Source of the DNA: a virus
Taxonomy: Duplodnaviria > Caudoviricetes
Strand: one strand, 5' to 3'
Virus record (IMG/VR): IMGVR_UViG_3300005542_000003
Span: 1-40,836 of that record
DNA length: 40,836 bases
Shown piece after piece: positions 16,872-27,466 of the stretch. Positions within the stretch are counted from its first letter, which is position 1; every line of letters begins with the position of its first letter. The position numbers and the translations under genes were made by a program. The notes below the pieces were generated by a model. That model searched no databases and was not told the origin of the DNA. It saw nothing but the letters and a program-made list of their open reading frames with translations.

Positions 16872-18556
16872 TACTCCCTGATTTGTTATCCGATGATACG
16901 TTCTCCTGGGATGAGCGTCGAATACGTTCCTCGGATGGCGCTCCTATGCGCTCATACCAGCTTCGTGCGGCTCATAAAATATTCACTGGCGAGCTACGCC
17001 GCGATCCGCTCACTGGCCTCAAAACAGGGCCAGTGAGGGACGGCACAGCGGTTCACATCGACCCCGGCTTGGGTAAAACGATCACGGCGCTAACAGCCAT
17101 ATCCGAGTGGGTGAAGCAAGGTATTGTTACTAAGCCTGTTCTTGTTGTAGCTCCTATTAAGGTATGTGAGACGGTATGGCGGCAAGAGGCTATGGAATGG
17201 CTGCATACACGTCACCTAACGTTTCAATTAATACGTGGCGACGAGAGGGCTAGATCATTCCAGCAGAAGCGACCGGCGCACATACACTTGATCAATCCCG
17301 AGTTACTAGTATGGCTTCAAAAGTACATACGCGCCGATTGGTCTGGACAGTACGACGCTCTTATAGTTGACGAGAGCAGTATGTTTAAAGATCACCGCAC
17401 CAAACGATTTAGAGTACTCTCTAATTATGGTACACGCATGACTGTAAAGGGTCCCGATGGAAAAGCTTTAAAGAATATCATTACCGGACTTAGCATCATC
17501 GTGCCTCCCCCGCAATTCAAGCGTGTAGCCGTGCTTACTGGCACACCGTCACCTAGCGGACTTCAGAACCTATGGTCGCCATTCTACTTGTTGGACCACG
17601 GCGATAGGCTGCAAAAAACATTTGACACCTTCCAGGGGAGGTACTTTCAGCGTGTTAAGCAAGTAGCTCCGCATACATTCAAGTACGCGCTTAACAAGGA
17701 AGAGGACGAGCCACAACCTACATGGAAGATCGTACAAGGTGGCAAGGAAAGAATACACGAGTTAATAGCCGATATAACGGTAGAGCTTAACTCAGAGGAC
17801 TACGGAATACTTCCGAAGCAGCTACCGCCAGTTAAACATTACGTAGACTTGCCAGAAGCGATAAAGCCGCATTACCGGATGCTCGAACGCGAAGCCATAT
17901 TTGAAATGCTGAAAGACCCAATACTAGCTGCTAACGGCGGCGCTAAGTCTAGTATGTGCTGGCAGATATGCAATGGTGCCATATACTCCACGGATGATAG
18001 CGGTAAGAAGATTTGGACCGAGCTACATACACGTAAGATAGACAAACTTGTTGAGCTAGTGGACAGTCTGGATCAGCACGCGCTTATACCGTACCACTTC
18101 AACCATGATCTAGAACGCATAGTAGCACGCTTCAAAAAGGAAGGCATACCATACGCTATTTTAAAGGGTCCAGATTCTCAACACATAATTGACCGTTGGA
18201 ATAGCTGCGATATACCTAACTTGCTCATACACCCGCAATCAGCAGGGCATGGCCTCAATCTACAATTCGGCGGCCATAACTTGATATGGTTTAGTACTAT
18301 ATGGTCGCTTGAACGGTACTTACAAACAAACGCCAGACTAGCGCGATCCGGCCAGAAAGAGATAGTGGGTATCCACGTAATCATGGCTCGCCACACGACA
18401 GATGAAGTACGATACAATTCATGGTTCGAGCGGGGAGGGGAAATGGCCCGCTTTCGAGCCGCTACACTTGCGTACCAAAAGACCCTAGGTATAGACATCG
18501 AGTCTCTACCGGAGATTGTAACTCACAAGCATCACTTTGCAGGGATAGAACTATGA
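16868..18556 (+). CDS. SNF2-family (SF2) helicase
   Basis: PGLGKT, VLVVAP, IVDESS, LTGTP, HPQSAGHGLNLQ, QTNARLARSGQ. Confidence 0.93.
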   Translation: MILPDLLSDDTFSWDERRIRSSDGAPMRSYQLRAAHKIFTGELRRDPLTGLKTGPVRDGTAVHIDPGLGKTITALTAISEWVKQGIVTKPVLVVAPIKVCETVWRQEAMEWLHTRHLTFQLIRGDERARSFQQKRPAHIHLINPELLVWLQKYIRADWSGQYDALIVDESSMFKDHRTKRFRVLSNYGTRMTVKGPDGKALKNIITGLSIIVPPPQFKRVAVLTGTPSPSGLQNLWSPFYLLDHGDRLQKTFDTFQGRYFQRVKQVAPHTFKYALNKEEDEPQPTWKIVQGGKERIHELIADITVELNSEDYGILPKQLPPVKHYVDLPEAIKPHYRMLEREAIFEMLKDPILAANGGAKSSMCWQICNGAIYSTDDSGKKIWTELHTRKIDKLVELVDSLDQHALIPYHFNHDLERIVARFKKEGIPYAILKGPDSQHIIDRWNSCDIPNLLIHPQSAGHGLNLQFGGHNLIWFSTIWSLERYLQTNARLARSGQKEIVGIHVIMARHTTDEVRYNSWFERGGEMARFRAATLAYQKTLGIDIESLPEIVTHKHHFAGIEL

Positions 18557-18834
18557 CATTCATGTCTTTTGTACTGGCATACATGGATGGCTCCATACGA
18601 TCAAACGTCGGATGGCGAGCCTACGATATAGAGGCTATGGTTAAGCCCGACTACGTGTTGAAGGCTTTAAAGTATCTCGGTTATGCAAGAATGAAAGACC
18701 ATGCGCTATCTACCGTAGCCAAGGTGTACGAAATAGAAACAGCAGACGAGGCTAGAAAATTACTCGAACTATGGTGGGCTTTCGAGCACATTAACGGAGA
18801 GCGAGTACGTAGGCCGCCGCTTCGTAAGGATTAG
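18553..18834 (+). CDS. Hypothetical protein (last gene of the + arm)
   Basis: ATGA overlap with the helicase; its stop overlaps the tail-fibre stop. Confidence 0.6.
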   Translation: MTFMSFVLAYMDGSIRSNVGWRAYDIEAMVKPDYVLKALKYLGYARMKDHALSTVAKVYEIETADEARKLLELWWAFEHINGERVRRPPLRKD

Positions 18835-20963
18835 CGCCTACGTTTATGCGACGGAGCAGGGGAGGCGGGTTTACCTCCCTCTAGTTCCTTCACCTTGTCG
18901 GATAGTTCCTTCACGGCTTCTATAAGTACCGCGACTATATTGGAGTACGAAATACCGAGTGTCTTATCCTCGTCTACGCCCTCGAATACAACCTCCGGTA
19001 ATATGTCACGAACATGTTGAGCTACTAAACCGACTTGGCGTTTGGTGACACCGGGAGCGGTTGATTTAAAGTAGATGCCATTAAGCTTCTCGACCTTAGC
19101 AAGAGCGCCAAGTACCGGCTCAATATCTGACTTGAGCCGTATATCCGACCCGTTGACGATAGGCTGTTCAAACGTAACGATGCCGGTATTACGCGATATA
19201 TTCATAGGAGCATGGATTATTACGCCGCTATCGTTACATGATTGGAAGTAAAAATTCGAGCCTGCGTTCCCACCAGTCTCGGCAGTACTATCGCATTGGA
19301 AATGCCAGCGCAGTATCCCGCTTGTTGTGTAATCTATAGTTCTAGTGATACCGGCGTTATTATTAACTTGCATATTCGCGGCCCCGATTGAACCGGAGAC
19401 GTAGGCATTAAGAATGGTCACGAGACCAGTAGAGCGGTTTATACTCAGTGGCTCATCTAGGAAAGAGCCGTTATCTGCGTACCTTCCAATCATGAAATTA
19501 CTACCGGCGTTAGAGCCGGTTTCATCTACGGTAGACGTACCCATATGCCATCGTTGTACATTATTGGTCATTACGTCAAAGCCACGCCACGTAGCTTTCG
19601 CGCCGTTAGCTATAATAAGACCGCCGGTTGAGGTTATACTTCCATTGACCGCAAGACCGCTGTTACCGCCAGCACTAATTGTTACGAGACCAGTAGCGCG
19701 GTTAATCACTATAGGCGCGTCTATAAGTACGCCGTTATCTCCGGCGCGCTGTATGTAAAAATTCGATCCGGTGTTGCCGCCGCCTTCCGCCGTAAGATCG
19801 CATTGCAGATGCCAACGCGTAGAGCCGTTAGTCGCGAAATCGAACGACCGAGTTGTCGCAGGAGCGCCATTAACACGTACTCCAGAAGATATTTGCGTAA
19901 TGCCATCATTTCCGCACTGTATGGTGCCTCGCTGAGTTATTCCGCTGGCTGACGTAAATTGTAATATAGCGTATCCTGCCGTGCCCTGTCGAATGCGTAC
20001 TCCATAACCTTGCGCGTCAATAGTAGTTGTATCTATACCGCTGGAACCTACTATGCCCTTAGGCATAGTAACAATGCCTCCTGCACGGTCTATCGTTAGC
20101 GGGCGGTCTACATACGCACCAGCATCCGTGTACCGTTCGATGTAAAAATTGGAACCGGAGTTAGTCCCGCCTTCAGCAGTAGAACTCGTACCCATAACCC
20201 AACGGGACGACCCCGCCGTCTGCATGGAAATAGATCGAGCAGTACCAGAAGCGCCGCTTATATAAAAGCTCCCGCCAATAGATGTAATACTTCCGTTAAC
20301 TTGTGCCCCGCCTCCTTTAACGTACAAACCGCCTAAGCCGAAAGTAAACATTCCGGTAATACGATTTATAGAAAGCGAGAGTTCTATGAACGTACCGTCG
20401 TCAGCGAAACGGCTTATATCGAAGTCAGAACCCGCATTCGCACCAGTCTCCGCGCCGAGGCTAGCGAACAGGCCCCAACGATTTACTTGGTTCGACTGGA
20501 AATATATTTCCCTGTGTGTGCCAGGAGGGCCATTGACCACTAGCTGCGCAACCGCAATACCGCCGTTTATATTCATATTACCGCCGGAGATAATATCTCC
20601 AGTAACTCCGAAATCGCCTTCTACAGCTACACCGTCAACGGTGCTACGAAGTATCTCTTTACCTACAGATACAAGAGATACTTGGCCTACAGCTAACGAC
20701 GCGAGGCCAGTATTTGTATCGTGTATGAAGTGTAACGCCGGGGCTTGAAGTGTGCCGCCTCCTAAATTAGCGATGACGTGGCCACCCATATATAGCGTAC
20801 CCGTCATGGGCACTAGGCCGCTTCTGTAGAATGTAGTGTTAATAGCTGCCGCGTAGTTATTAAACTCGTCATCCATACGCACCGCTTCTATCTTGATACC
20901 AGCGTTCCGGTCATCAACCCAATTATAAGAGCGAGTGAAGTTGCCGGACGAATCTATAGGCAT
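18831..20963 (-). CDS. Tail fibre with five internal repeats and C-terminal S74 intramolecular chaperone
   Basis: Gly-rich; five RW..E.G.N.GS.F.I.R..D.G repeats; GSDIRLKSDIE...GLVAQ...coiled coil. Confidence 0.9.
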   Translation of the reverse strand: MPIDSSGNFTRSYNWVDDRNAGIKIEAVRMDDEFNNYAAAINTTFYRSGLVPMTGTLYMGGHVIANLGGGTLQAPALHFIHDTNTGLASLAVGQVSLVSVGKEILRSTVDGVAVEGDFGVTGDIISGGNMNINGGIAVAQLVVNGPPGTHREIYFQSNQVNRWGLFASLGAETGANAGSDFDISRFADDGTFIELSLSINRITGMFTFGLGGLYVKGGGAQVNGSITSIGGSFYISGASGTARSISMQTAGSSRWVMGTSSTAEGGTNSGSNFYIERYTDAGAYVDRPLTIDRAGGIVTMPKGIVGSSGIDTTTIDAQGYGVRIRQGTAGYAILQFTSASGITQRGTIQCGNDGITQISSGVRVNGAPATTRSFDFATNGSTRWHLQCDLTAEGGGNTGSNFYIQRAGDNGVLIDAPIVINRATGLVTISAGGNSGLAVNGSITSTGGLIIANGAKATWRGFDVMTNNVQRWHMGTSTVDETGSNAGSNFMIGRYADNGSFLDEPLSINRSTGLVTILNAYVSGSIGAANMQVNNNAGITRTIDYTTSGILRWHFQCDSTAETGGNAGSNFYFQSCNDSGVIIHAPMNISRNTGIVTFEQPIVNGSDIRLKSDIEPVLGALAKVEKLNGIYFKSTAPGVTKRQVGLVAQHVRDILPEVVFEGVDEDKTLGISYSNIVAVLIEAVKELSDKVKELEGGKPASPAPSHKRRR

Positions 20964-20975
20964 TTTAAAGCTCTC

Positions 20976-21272
20976 CTACTTAAGAAACGGTGCTGCGCCG
21001 TGCGTACTCTTTCCAATCATAACGGCCTTGCGCGCCGCTACGTTCTGGGCCGCTCGAATGCCGATAGCAGCCTTTACAGCCGCCATCAAACGATTACCTG
21101 GGGGAGCCGCCATAGCGTGAGGCGGGGCGGTCGGTATACCGCCTAGGTGCGATTGTACGACAGGAACCGGCGCTATATGCGCCACTACTCCTGATGCTGC
21201 CGGGTGCGGGACTACGGCCACAACGTTCGCAACGCCTGGGCGAGCTATACGTGGCACTCCTACTACTGCCAT
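20976..21272 (-). CDS. Hypothetical Ala/Pro/Val-rich basic protein
   Basis: ggaggg SD; fills the gap in the virion operon. Confidence 0.65.
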   Translation of the reverse strand: MAVVGVPRIARPGVANVVAVVPHPAASGVVAHIAPVPVVQSHLGGIPTAPPHAMAAPPGNRLMAAVKAAIGIRAAQNVAARKAVMIGKSTHGAAPFLK

Positions 21273-21281
21273 TGTACCCTC

Positions 21282-23474
21282 CTAGTGATGTCCTAAAAAT
21301 ACATTCCCAGCCTCAAGCCCTAATGCTGTAGCCCCACTATAACCTAAGTACTTAGCAGCCTGCCCAAGCCACTTGTCACGAGACGCCTTCAGCGCAAACG
21401 CGTCTTTCGCTGTCTGTGAAAGCCCTAATCCAGCCTCGTACTCTGCCTGAGTAAGTTTCCCCTGTAAGTTCGCTTGCTGAATAATTTTTACAAACTTCGG
21501 TCCAACATCTTCTGGAGCAGTATTTTGCAGGTCTATCAAGTTTTGCCGTAGTTGTATGGCTTGCTGCGCGCCTTTAGTTATATCACCGCTTAAAGCATCA
21601 GCTTGGCCGCTGTGGAATTTTGCCATTTGCGCGGCTTGATCCGCTTGATCAGATAATACTTTTGCTTGAGCGCCCGCAGCTTCAGAGGCTTTAAAGCGAT
21701 TTAGGTAATCCGACACAGCAGCTTGTAACGGGTCGTTACCTTGTATTGCGTCACCAAGCATAGTACCCGGAGCGACTATAGAAGCCGCTTGATCAGCCGT
21801 CTTAGCCTTAAGGAACGCATTTTGTAGCTGACTGGATAGTATGGACTGTATAGGGCTCTGACCCGCTACAGCAGTAGCTGCATTCACGGTATCTCGGCCA
21901 CCCGCGAGCACGCGTCCGGGTATTTGAGCCGCCGGAACAGTAGCCACGCCAGTACCTGGCTGCATCCCTACGATGGACTGTCCAAGATTTACTTTCTCGA
22001 ACGGAGCCAATGCCGCCTTACCCGCCGCCCAATTAGCTTGTACCGGGGCACTCGCGCCGCCAACATACGCATCCATGGCGTCAGAAACGCCTTTGTACAT
22101 TGCACCAGCTTGAGCGCGATTTATGGCCTCGTATCCGTCCACCTTTCCGTCGAGAACTTTGCCGAGGAAACGGCGGAAATCATCAACATTACCAAGACTA
22201 GGCTTGATGGTACGCGTGAAGCTCCCATCCGGTTGCGCATTGACTTGAATACCTTGAGCAGCCGCTTTATCCGCTTCATCTAGGGTAAGTCTAACCTCCT
22301 GAGGCTGCAATACATTTAAAAGCATTTGGTGTAGTTTGCCGCCAGCACTGTCCGCCGGTACGTTCCCTACAGACGGCCTACCGACAGGATCGGGCTGTAC
22401 TATCTTCTGTGAGCTAGCTATAAGAGCTTGGGCTTCAGGAGTATCGGATACACCAACTCCAGACTGAGCACGGTCGTCCGCTACCGCATCCATAGCGGAG
22501 CGATACTGATCATCAGCCGCTCGCATCTGTGCTTCAATAGCCGCTTGGTTCGATAGAGCCGCATCACGTACCGGATAGCCTTGATCTGATAGGTGTGTAG
22601 TATCTCCAAACGCGGGAGTTGGCGGCTCGGCTTGCGCTTGCAGGGCTGTGCTCTGCTGCTTTAAAGCATCTGCCTGCGCTTGTGCCTGTTGAGCCGCAGC
22701 TTGATGTTGTGCTTGCGTAGCAGCATCCGACTGCACTTGCGCTTGAGTATCCGCTATATCACCCGATATATGGCCTACCCCTTGGTCTGCCATAGTAGCC
22801 GAAACCGCGTTACCAGTACGTTGCGCGCTCATTACATTCGATACGCTATCCGCCGCGTCAGATACGGCGTCACCAACAGCCGGTGCAATTTTAGATATTG
22901 CGTTGCCCGCCGCGTCAACTACCGGAGAAGCAAGATTACCTATAGCGTCGTACGCACCTAGGCGATTTAAAGTCGGGTGGGCTATAGCCGCGAGCGCCAG
23001 CGCGGGAGCTATAGGATGGTTACGGATTATATCACGTATACCCGCTTCTGTCCCGTACTGTTGCTTGGCCTGAGCTACAGCAGTATTGAACGGCGCTGTG
23101 TCCATTGTAGGCGCGCTACCCTGGTTATCCGTAGGGGAAAGGTTGCGTACTGACTGAACAGCACCGCCAAGTATTCCAGCCGCCTTGCTGGCTACGTCGC
23201 TTATAGTTGCAGCCGTTTGTTGCGGGTGAACAGCAGCATTTATGAGGTTTGCCGGTAAGGCTATAGCGTTGCCCGCTACGTCCGCTAACTGTTGCGGTAT
23301 TTTGGATATTCCAGTACCTATGTCATCTAGCCATGATGGTTTAGCCGCTGGAGAAGATGCAGCCGAAGGGTGCTGACGCAATACTTCCGCCTGTACTTGT
23401 TCCTGGGTCGCACCAGCCGGACCATCTATTTGGTACGTATTCCCATCCGGAGCTTTTATTGCATATGTGGGCAT
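21282..23474 (-). CDS. Putative internal virion / DNA ejection protein
   Basis: Start MPTYAIKAPDG with TAATG coupling; Ala/Gln-rich helical; podovirus ejection-gene position. Confidence 0.65.
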   Translation of the reverse strand: MPTYAIKAPDGNTYQIDGPAGATQEQVQAEVLRQHPSAASSPAAKPSWLDDIGTGISKIPQQLADVAGNAIALPANLINAAVHPQQTAATISDVASKAAGILGGAVQSVRNLSPTDNQGSAPTMDTAPFNTAVAQAKQQYGTEAGIRDIIRNHPIAPALALAAIAHPTLNRLGAYDAIGNLASPVVDAAGNAISKIAPAVGDAVSDAADSVSNVMSAQRTGNAVSATMADQGVGHISGDIADTQAQVQSDAATQAQHQAAAQQAQAQADALKQQSTALQAQAEPPTPAFGDTTHLSDQGYPVRDAALSNQAAIEAQMRAADDQYRSAMDAVADDRAQSGVGVSDTPEAQALIASSQKIVQPDPVGRPSVGNVPADSAGGKLHQMLLNVLQPQEVRLTLDEADKAAAQGIQVNAQPDGSFTRTIKPSLGNVDDFRRFLGKVLDGKVDGYEAINRAQAGAMYKGVSDAMDAYVGGASAPVQANWAAGKAALAPFEKVNLGQSIVGMQPGTGVATVPAAQIPGRVLAGGRDTVNAATAVAGQSPIQSILSSQLQNAFLKAKTADQAASIVAPGTMLGDAIQGNDPLQAAVSDYLNRFKASEAAGAQAKVLSDQADQAAQMAKFHSGQADALSGDITKGAQQAIQLRQNLIDLQNTAPEDVGPKFVKIIQQANLQGKLTQAEYEAGLGLSQTAKDAFALKASRDKWLGQAAKYLGYSGATALGLEAGNVFLGHH

Positions 23475-25423
23475 TATGGACGTACCACAGAAGCCGTACC
23501 CCACCCCGTACTAGCCGGGGAAGACGTTGGAACTGTACCGGGAGCGGCACCGGGAGTATCACCAAAACTGTTATACGTATCTTGCATTTGTTTGGAAGTA
23601 CCCTGCGGTACTAAGCCCTTGCTTTCGGCCCATTGCATACGCGGAAGTACGCCGCCGATCTGGGCTTTCATCCATGCATTCCACGCACGCGGGCTCATGT
23701 TCTCCGCTGCGGCTTTCTGTTCCATAGTAGTACGAAGATTAGTTGCACCCGCCGCTCCCATAACAGCAGACAGTGTTTGCGATGCATCTACACGCCTATT
23801 CGCGAGTTCTACCCATTTAGGATCGTTCGTAGCTTTGGCTAATGCTACTTGAGCGTCCCCTATCGGCCCTAAATCAGACAACTTTAAAGCCACACCGGCA
23901 TCGTGGACGCCTTTAAGTACGGTAGGGATAGACTGAAGTAAGCCTGCTTTCTGTTGCGCCGAAGCGTTAGCCTGTAAATTTGCTACAGCGTGCAACTGTA
24001 CGGCATTAAGGTTAGGGTTAGCTAAAAGTGCTTCACCTATTACTTTAGCATTGCGGTTTGTAACTCCACGTAGATCAAGCCTGCCATCCGCCACGGCCTG
24101 ATTAATAGCATCTTGCTCGTCTGCTGAAGGCATGGTCGTACTTAAGCGAAGCCGCGCCGCTGCGAGCGTATTAGCACGATTTAAAGCATTCTGCCCGGCT
24201 TGGAAGGCTTCTTCTTTCGTACGCTGCGTATCCGCGAATTGCTCTTGGTTCGCCGTATTCGCGATAGTATAGTTCTGTCCTCGCGCTTGCTGTTGAGCTT
24301 GGTACGCCGCATTCGTCTGCGCTTGTATACTGGCGTTGTGACCTTCTAAGTCGGATACGTACCCAGCTTTCTGCAATTCCGCTTGGCGCTCCACGACGGC
24401 CTGATTAATTTTATCCTGATCCGACAAGCCTTGCGTGTACATTTTGTTCGCATCATCGAACAGAAATGGGTTTTGCATAAGCATCATTTGGTACGCTGCA
24501 TCAAGCATACGCGAACGTGCCGCAGGAGCGACCGTAGGCATATCGGGCTTCGGTATAGCCGCAGGCGCGTCTGGTACGGGAACAAACGCTTGCCCCGATG
24601 ATGCCGTACCAGGACTAGGTGTGGGCGCGCTAGACGGCGTTTGGGATGGGGTTGCCGTAGGCGTCGGTAATTGGTCGTCTCCTAATGCCTGGGATACTCC
24701 CGAGGTTGTTGACGGGTCCGATAGCGCCGTTACCGGCGATGCCGGAAAAGGGACCGCCGTACCAGCTTGGCTAGCCCCTCCTATACCGGAGGTATTTAAA
24801 GGCGGAGAACCGATAGGCGCACCCGTCGTTGGGGCGGTCGGGCTCGCCGTAGGGATCGGGGCCGTGGGGATAAGCCCTCCTGGCGGGGCCTGGGGCGGCC
24901 CTACAGCCGCTTGAGGCGATTGCGCTACCCCAGATAGGATCGCGGCAATGGCGGGGCTCACGGCTGCTCCTGGCGCGCTGGCGGCGGGGTCTGGCGGCGG
25001 ACCCGTTCCCGCAATGGGCATGGAGCCATCCGGGGTCGATGCAGCCGGTATACTTGCGTTAGGAGGCGGTACGGAAGAAGATGCAGGCGTACCATCTGGA
25101 TTAGTACCTAAACCAGCTTGAGCCGCTTGTTTCATAGCAGCTAGCGTTTGGTTCTGATATCCAGTATACTTAGCTTGTTCTCGTTTCTGCACATACCCGC
25201 CAACTATGCCACGAAGGACACGAGCAATACCATCAGCGTAACCGTATCCGCCGCGAGCTACCGCATCAGTACTTGTGCCACTAGTTATAGCAGCTTGAGC
25301 CAGCTTCGTACGCGGGTCATTTTGGTACGCCTGAGCAATGGCCGGAATAACCGGCACATTCGCATTAAGCGGCATGTACTGATATTCTGGCGGCAAATTT
25401 GGATTATACGGGGTCACAGCCAT
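23474..25423 (-). CDS. Putative internal virion / ejection protein with long Pro/Ala/Thr linker
   Basis: Composition, position and TAATG coupling at both ends. Confidence 0.65.
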   Translation of the reverse strand: MAVTPYNPNLPPEYQYMPLNANVPVIPAIAQAYQNDPRTKLAQAAITSGTSTDAVARGGYGYADGIARVLRGIVGGYVQKREQAKYTGYQNQTLAAMKQAAQAGLGTNPDGTPASSSVPPPNASIPAASTPDGSMPIAGTGPPPDPAASAPGAAVSPAIAAILSGVAQSPQAAVGPPQAPPGGLIPTAPIPTASPTAPTTGAPIGSPPLNTSGIGGASQAGTAVPFPASPVTALSDPSTTSGVSQALGDDQLPTPTATPSQTPSSAPTPSPGTASSGQAFVPVPDAPAAIPKPDMPTVAPAARSRMLDAAYQMMLMQNPFLFDDANKMYTQGLSDQDKINQAVVERQAELQKAGYVSDLEGHNASIQAQTNAAYQAQQQARGQNYTIANTANQEQFADTQRTKEEAFQAGQNALNRANTLAAARLRLSTTMPSADEQDAINQAVADGRLDLRGVTNRNAKVIGEALLANPNLNAVQLHAVANLQANASAQQKAGLLQSIPTVLKGVHDAGVALKLSDLGPIGDAQVALAKATNDPKWVELANRRVDASQTLSAVMGAAGATNLRTTMEQKAAAENMSPRAWNAWMKAQIGGVLPRMQWAESKGLVPQGTSKQMQDTYNSFGDTPGAAPGTVPTSSPASTGWGTASVVRP

Positions 25424-27027
25424 TATGCGTAAACCTTTCTGTAGTCAACGCCGAGATATCCATTCGGCATTACGGATACAGCATCCGGAAGTACTTTAAA
25501 GACCTCGTGCGCCATAACGCCAAATTGCTGTATTTTGCTACCGATGTATTTAAAGGCGTACGTCTTAATGCCATTAGTAAGTACGCCGATTGGTGTTACG
25601 TCCCACTTCAAGCGTATATCGCTTGGCGCAAACGCCGCGCCGACAGTACCAGCCGCGCCGAATATAGAGCCTAGCATATTGGCCTGGGCTTGCTGCGCTG
25701 TGTTGTACTGGCTTACAGCTTGGTTGTAATTGTTTTGCACAATACCCTGATAGTCAGGAGCGGCCACGCCGACTTGCGGTACGGCGCTAAACGTCGGGTT
25801 CGCAATACCTGGGCCAGTACCTAGGAGAGCCGCAATATCGTTTAGTGGCATATTACGCAAGTACGTTTGCTCTTGAATTTGCTGCGTTCTAGCGGCGTTA
25901 TTCAGGGACACGTTCGCCGCACTTTGGTTGAACGCCGAAGTCTGGGCCGCATTATTCATCGCAGCCGCCGCTTGGTTCTGCGAGAACTGTTGCGCGTTAC
26001 CCGCGTTAGCTAATTGTGCCTCGCCTTGCGCCTGGGTATACGTTTGGTTCTGAGCGTCATTCTGTTGGTTTATAGTATCTAGGTACTGTTGGTACGCCTG
26101 GGCCTGCGCTTGGTCCTGCTGTTGCGTAGTTGATAACGTTTGACCATACCCTTGCGCTTGCGCAGCATTGGCGAATTGACCTTGAGTATCAATGAGGTTC
26201 TGCTGTTGCTGTTGTGTTTGCAAACCTATACCGAATAAGCGAGATTGTTCAGCGCCACCCGCTTGTATAGCAGAATAGTTGGCCTGATTATACGCGTCGT
26301 TCTTCGCCATGTACTCCTGCTGTTGCGCGCGGTTATACGCTGCGGAGTTAGCAGAAATACCTTGAGCCGCCAGAGACGCGTTTGTAGCTTCGTCTTGTCG
26401 TTGCCACTGTGGGTCTAAGCGTGAAGCTGCTTGGCTGTAAAGCGCATTGGCAGCTTGATTACCCGCAGCAAGTAAGTCGCCTTGGCCTGGTAGCGCGCTA
26501 AGGCCGGAGTAATTTAAAGATGTCTGTATAGGGCCGCCAGCGCCAGTCTGCATACTGGCGATAGGACCCGCCGCACCTTGTTGCGCTTGGGTAATAGCGC
26601 CAGGGTTAGCGATGCTCGTTTGTACCGGATTGGCCGAAGTAGGGCCGCTTTGTAAGCCGAATATACCGCTGTTGGCCGAAGTTTGTAGTGGAGTTTCCGA
26701 ACTATAATCGAATGGCGTCTGTTGCGCCGTCGCTACGCGAGATATGTTACTGTCCGCAAGGTTGCCGAGAGCTAGAGATACTTGATTGGCTTGATCGTAC
26801 TTCTGCTGCTCAATCGGAGAGAGGGACGTAGTTTGCGTATACTGCGGAGTACCGTCAGAGTTCTTACCCGTTATAGAGTATACACTACTCCCCGTCGGCG
26901 TGTACTGATTGATCCGATCTAGGTTCGCTTGTGTCGTCGCCGCCGCCGTATTCGCCGCTGCCTGGGCATTCGCCGTCGCTACCGGATCGGGCGCTGGCGG
27001 GGGAGCCGGGGACGATTTCTTGCCCAC
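25423..27027 (-). CDS. Gln/Ala/Asn-rich virion (pilot/ejection-like) protein with C-terminal S74-like domain
   Basis: MGKKSSPAPPPAPDP N-terminus; SDIRLK...GVMAHEV...VDY C-terminus. Confidence 0.75.
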   Translation of the reverse strand: MGKKSSPAPPPAPDPVATANAQAAANTAAATTQANLDRINQYTPTGSSVYSITGKNSDGTPQYTQTTSLSPIEQQKYDQANQVSLALGNLADSNISRVATAQQTPFDYSSETPLQTSANSGIFGLQSGPTSANPVQTSIANPGAITQAQQGAAGPIASMQTGAGGPIQTSLNYSGLSALPGQGDLLAAGNQAANALYSQAASRLDPQWQRQDEATNASLAAQGISANSAAYNRAQQQEYMAKNDAYNQANYSAIQAGGAEQSRLFGIGLQTQQQQQNLIDTQGQFANAAQAQGYGQTLSTTQQQDQAQAQAYQQYLDTINQQNDAQNQTYTQAQGEAQLANAGNAQQFSQNQAAAAMNNAAQTSAFNQSAANVSLNNAARTQQIQEQTYLRNMPLNDIAALLGTGPGIANPTFSAVPQVGVAAPDYQGIVQNNYNQAVSQYNTAQQAQANMLGSIFGAAGTVGAAFAPSDIRLKWDVTPIGVLTNGIKTYAFKYIGSKIQQFGVMAHEVFKVLPDAVSVMPNGYLGVDYRKVYA

Positions 27028-27466
27028 TATCCTGATCTCCTGCTGTCTCAGCTAGGAACCGACATTCGCTCTTGAGCAGCCCATAGATAAGGGCGTCTCT
27101 AAAGCCGTCATAGCCTAGCCGAATGTTACCTTCAAGCTGGAAGCCAAGGCTTTCGAGGAAGCTCCTAGCCCGACGATTACTTTTCAATGTTATACTGGTG
27201 CAACGTACGCAACCAAGTTGGGTAAATATGTACGCGAATATAGCCTTACATACGTGAGGCCGCCATGCTGCGGGAGACTCGCTAGCGCATGATATCTCAC
27301 AGTCAGTGCCTCTAAAGTTGCTGATTACAACGCCAGCAACAAAGTTCATATCGTCATCCACTACCATGAATGCTTGAAACATACCGGGTGCGAGCGCCAT
27401 ACCCGTTTTCTCGGTCAAGTACTCACCGACCTTCTCGGTAAACTTACCTGCCGGTACTGCGATCAT
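26885..27466 (-). CDS. GNAT-family acetyltransferase-like virion-module protein
   Basis: FAYIFTQLGC.R...N.RARSFLESLGFQLEG..R; ATGA coupling at 27466. Confidence 0.8.
   Translation of the reverse strand: MIAVPAGKFTEKVGEYLTEKTGMALAPGMFQAFMVVDDDMNFVAGVVISNFRGTDCEISCASESPAAWRPHVCKAIFAYIFTQLGCVRCTSITLKSNRRARSFLESLGFQLEGNIRLGYDGFRDALIYGLLKSECRFLAETAGDQDSGQEIVPGSPASARSGSDGECPGSGEYGGGDDTSEPRSDQSVHADGE

Noticed and set aside
18831-20963. Diversity-generating retroelement target
   Set aside because: No reverse transcriptase and no near-identical TR/VR nucleotide pair seen; the repeats are diverged protein modules.
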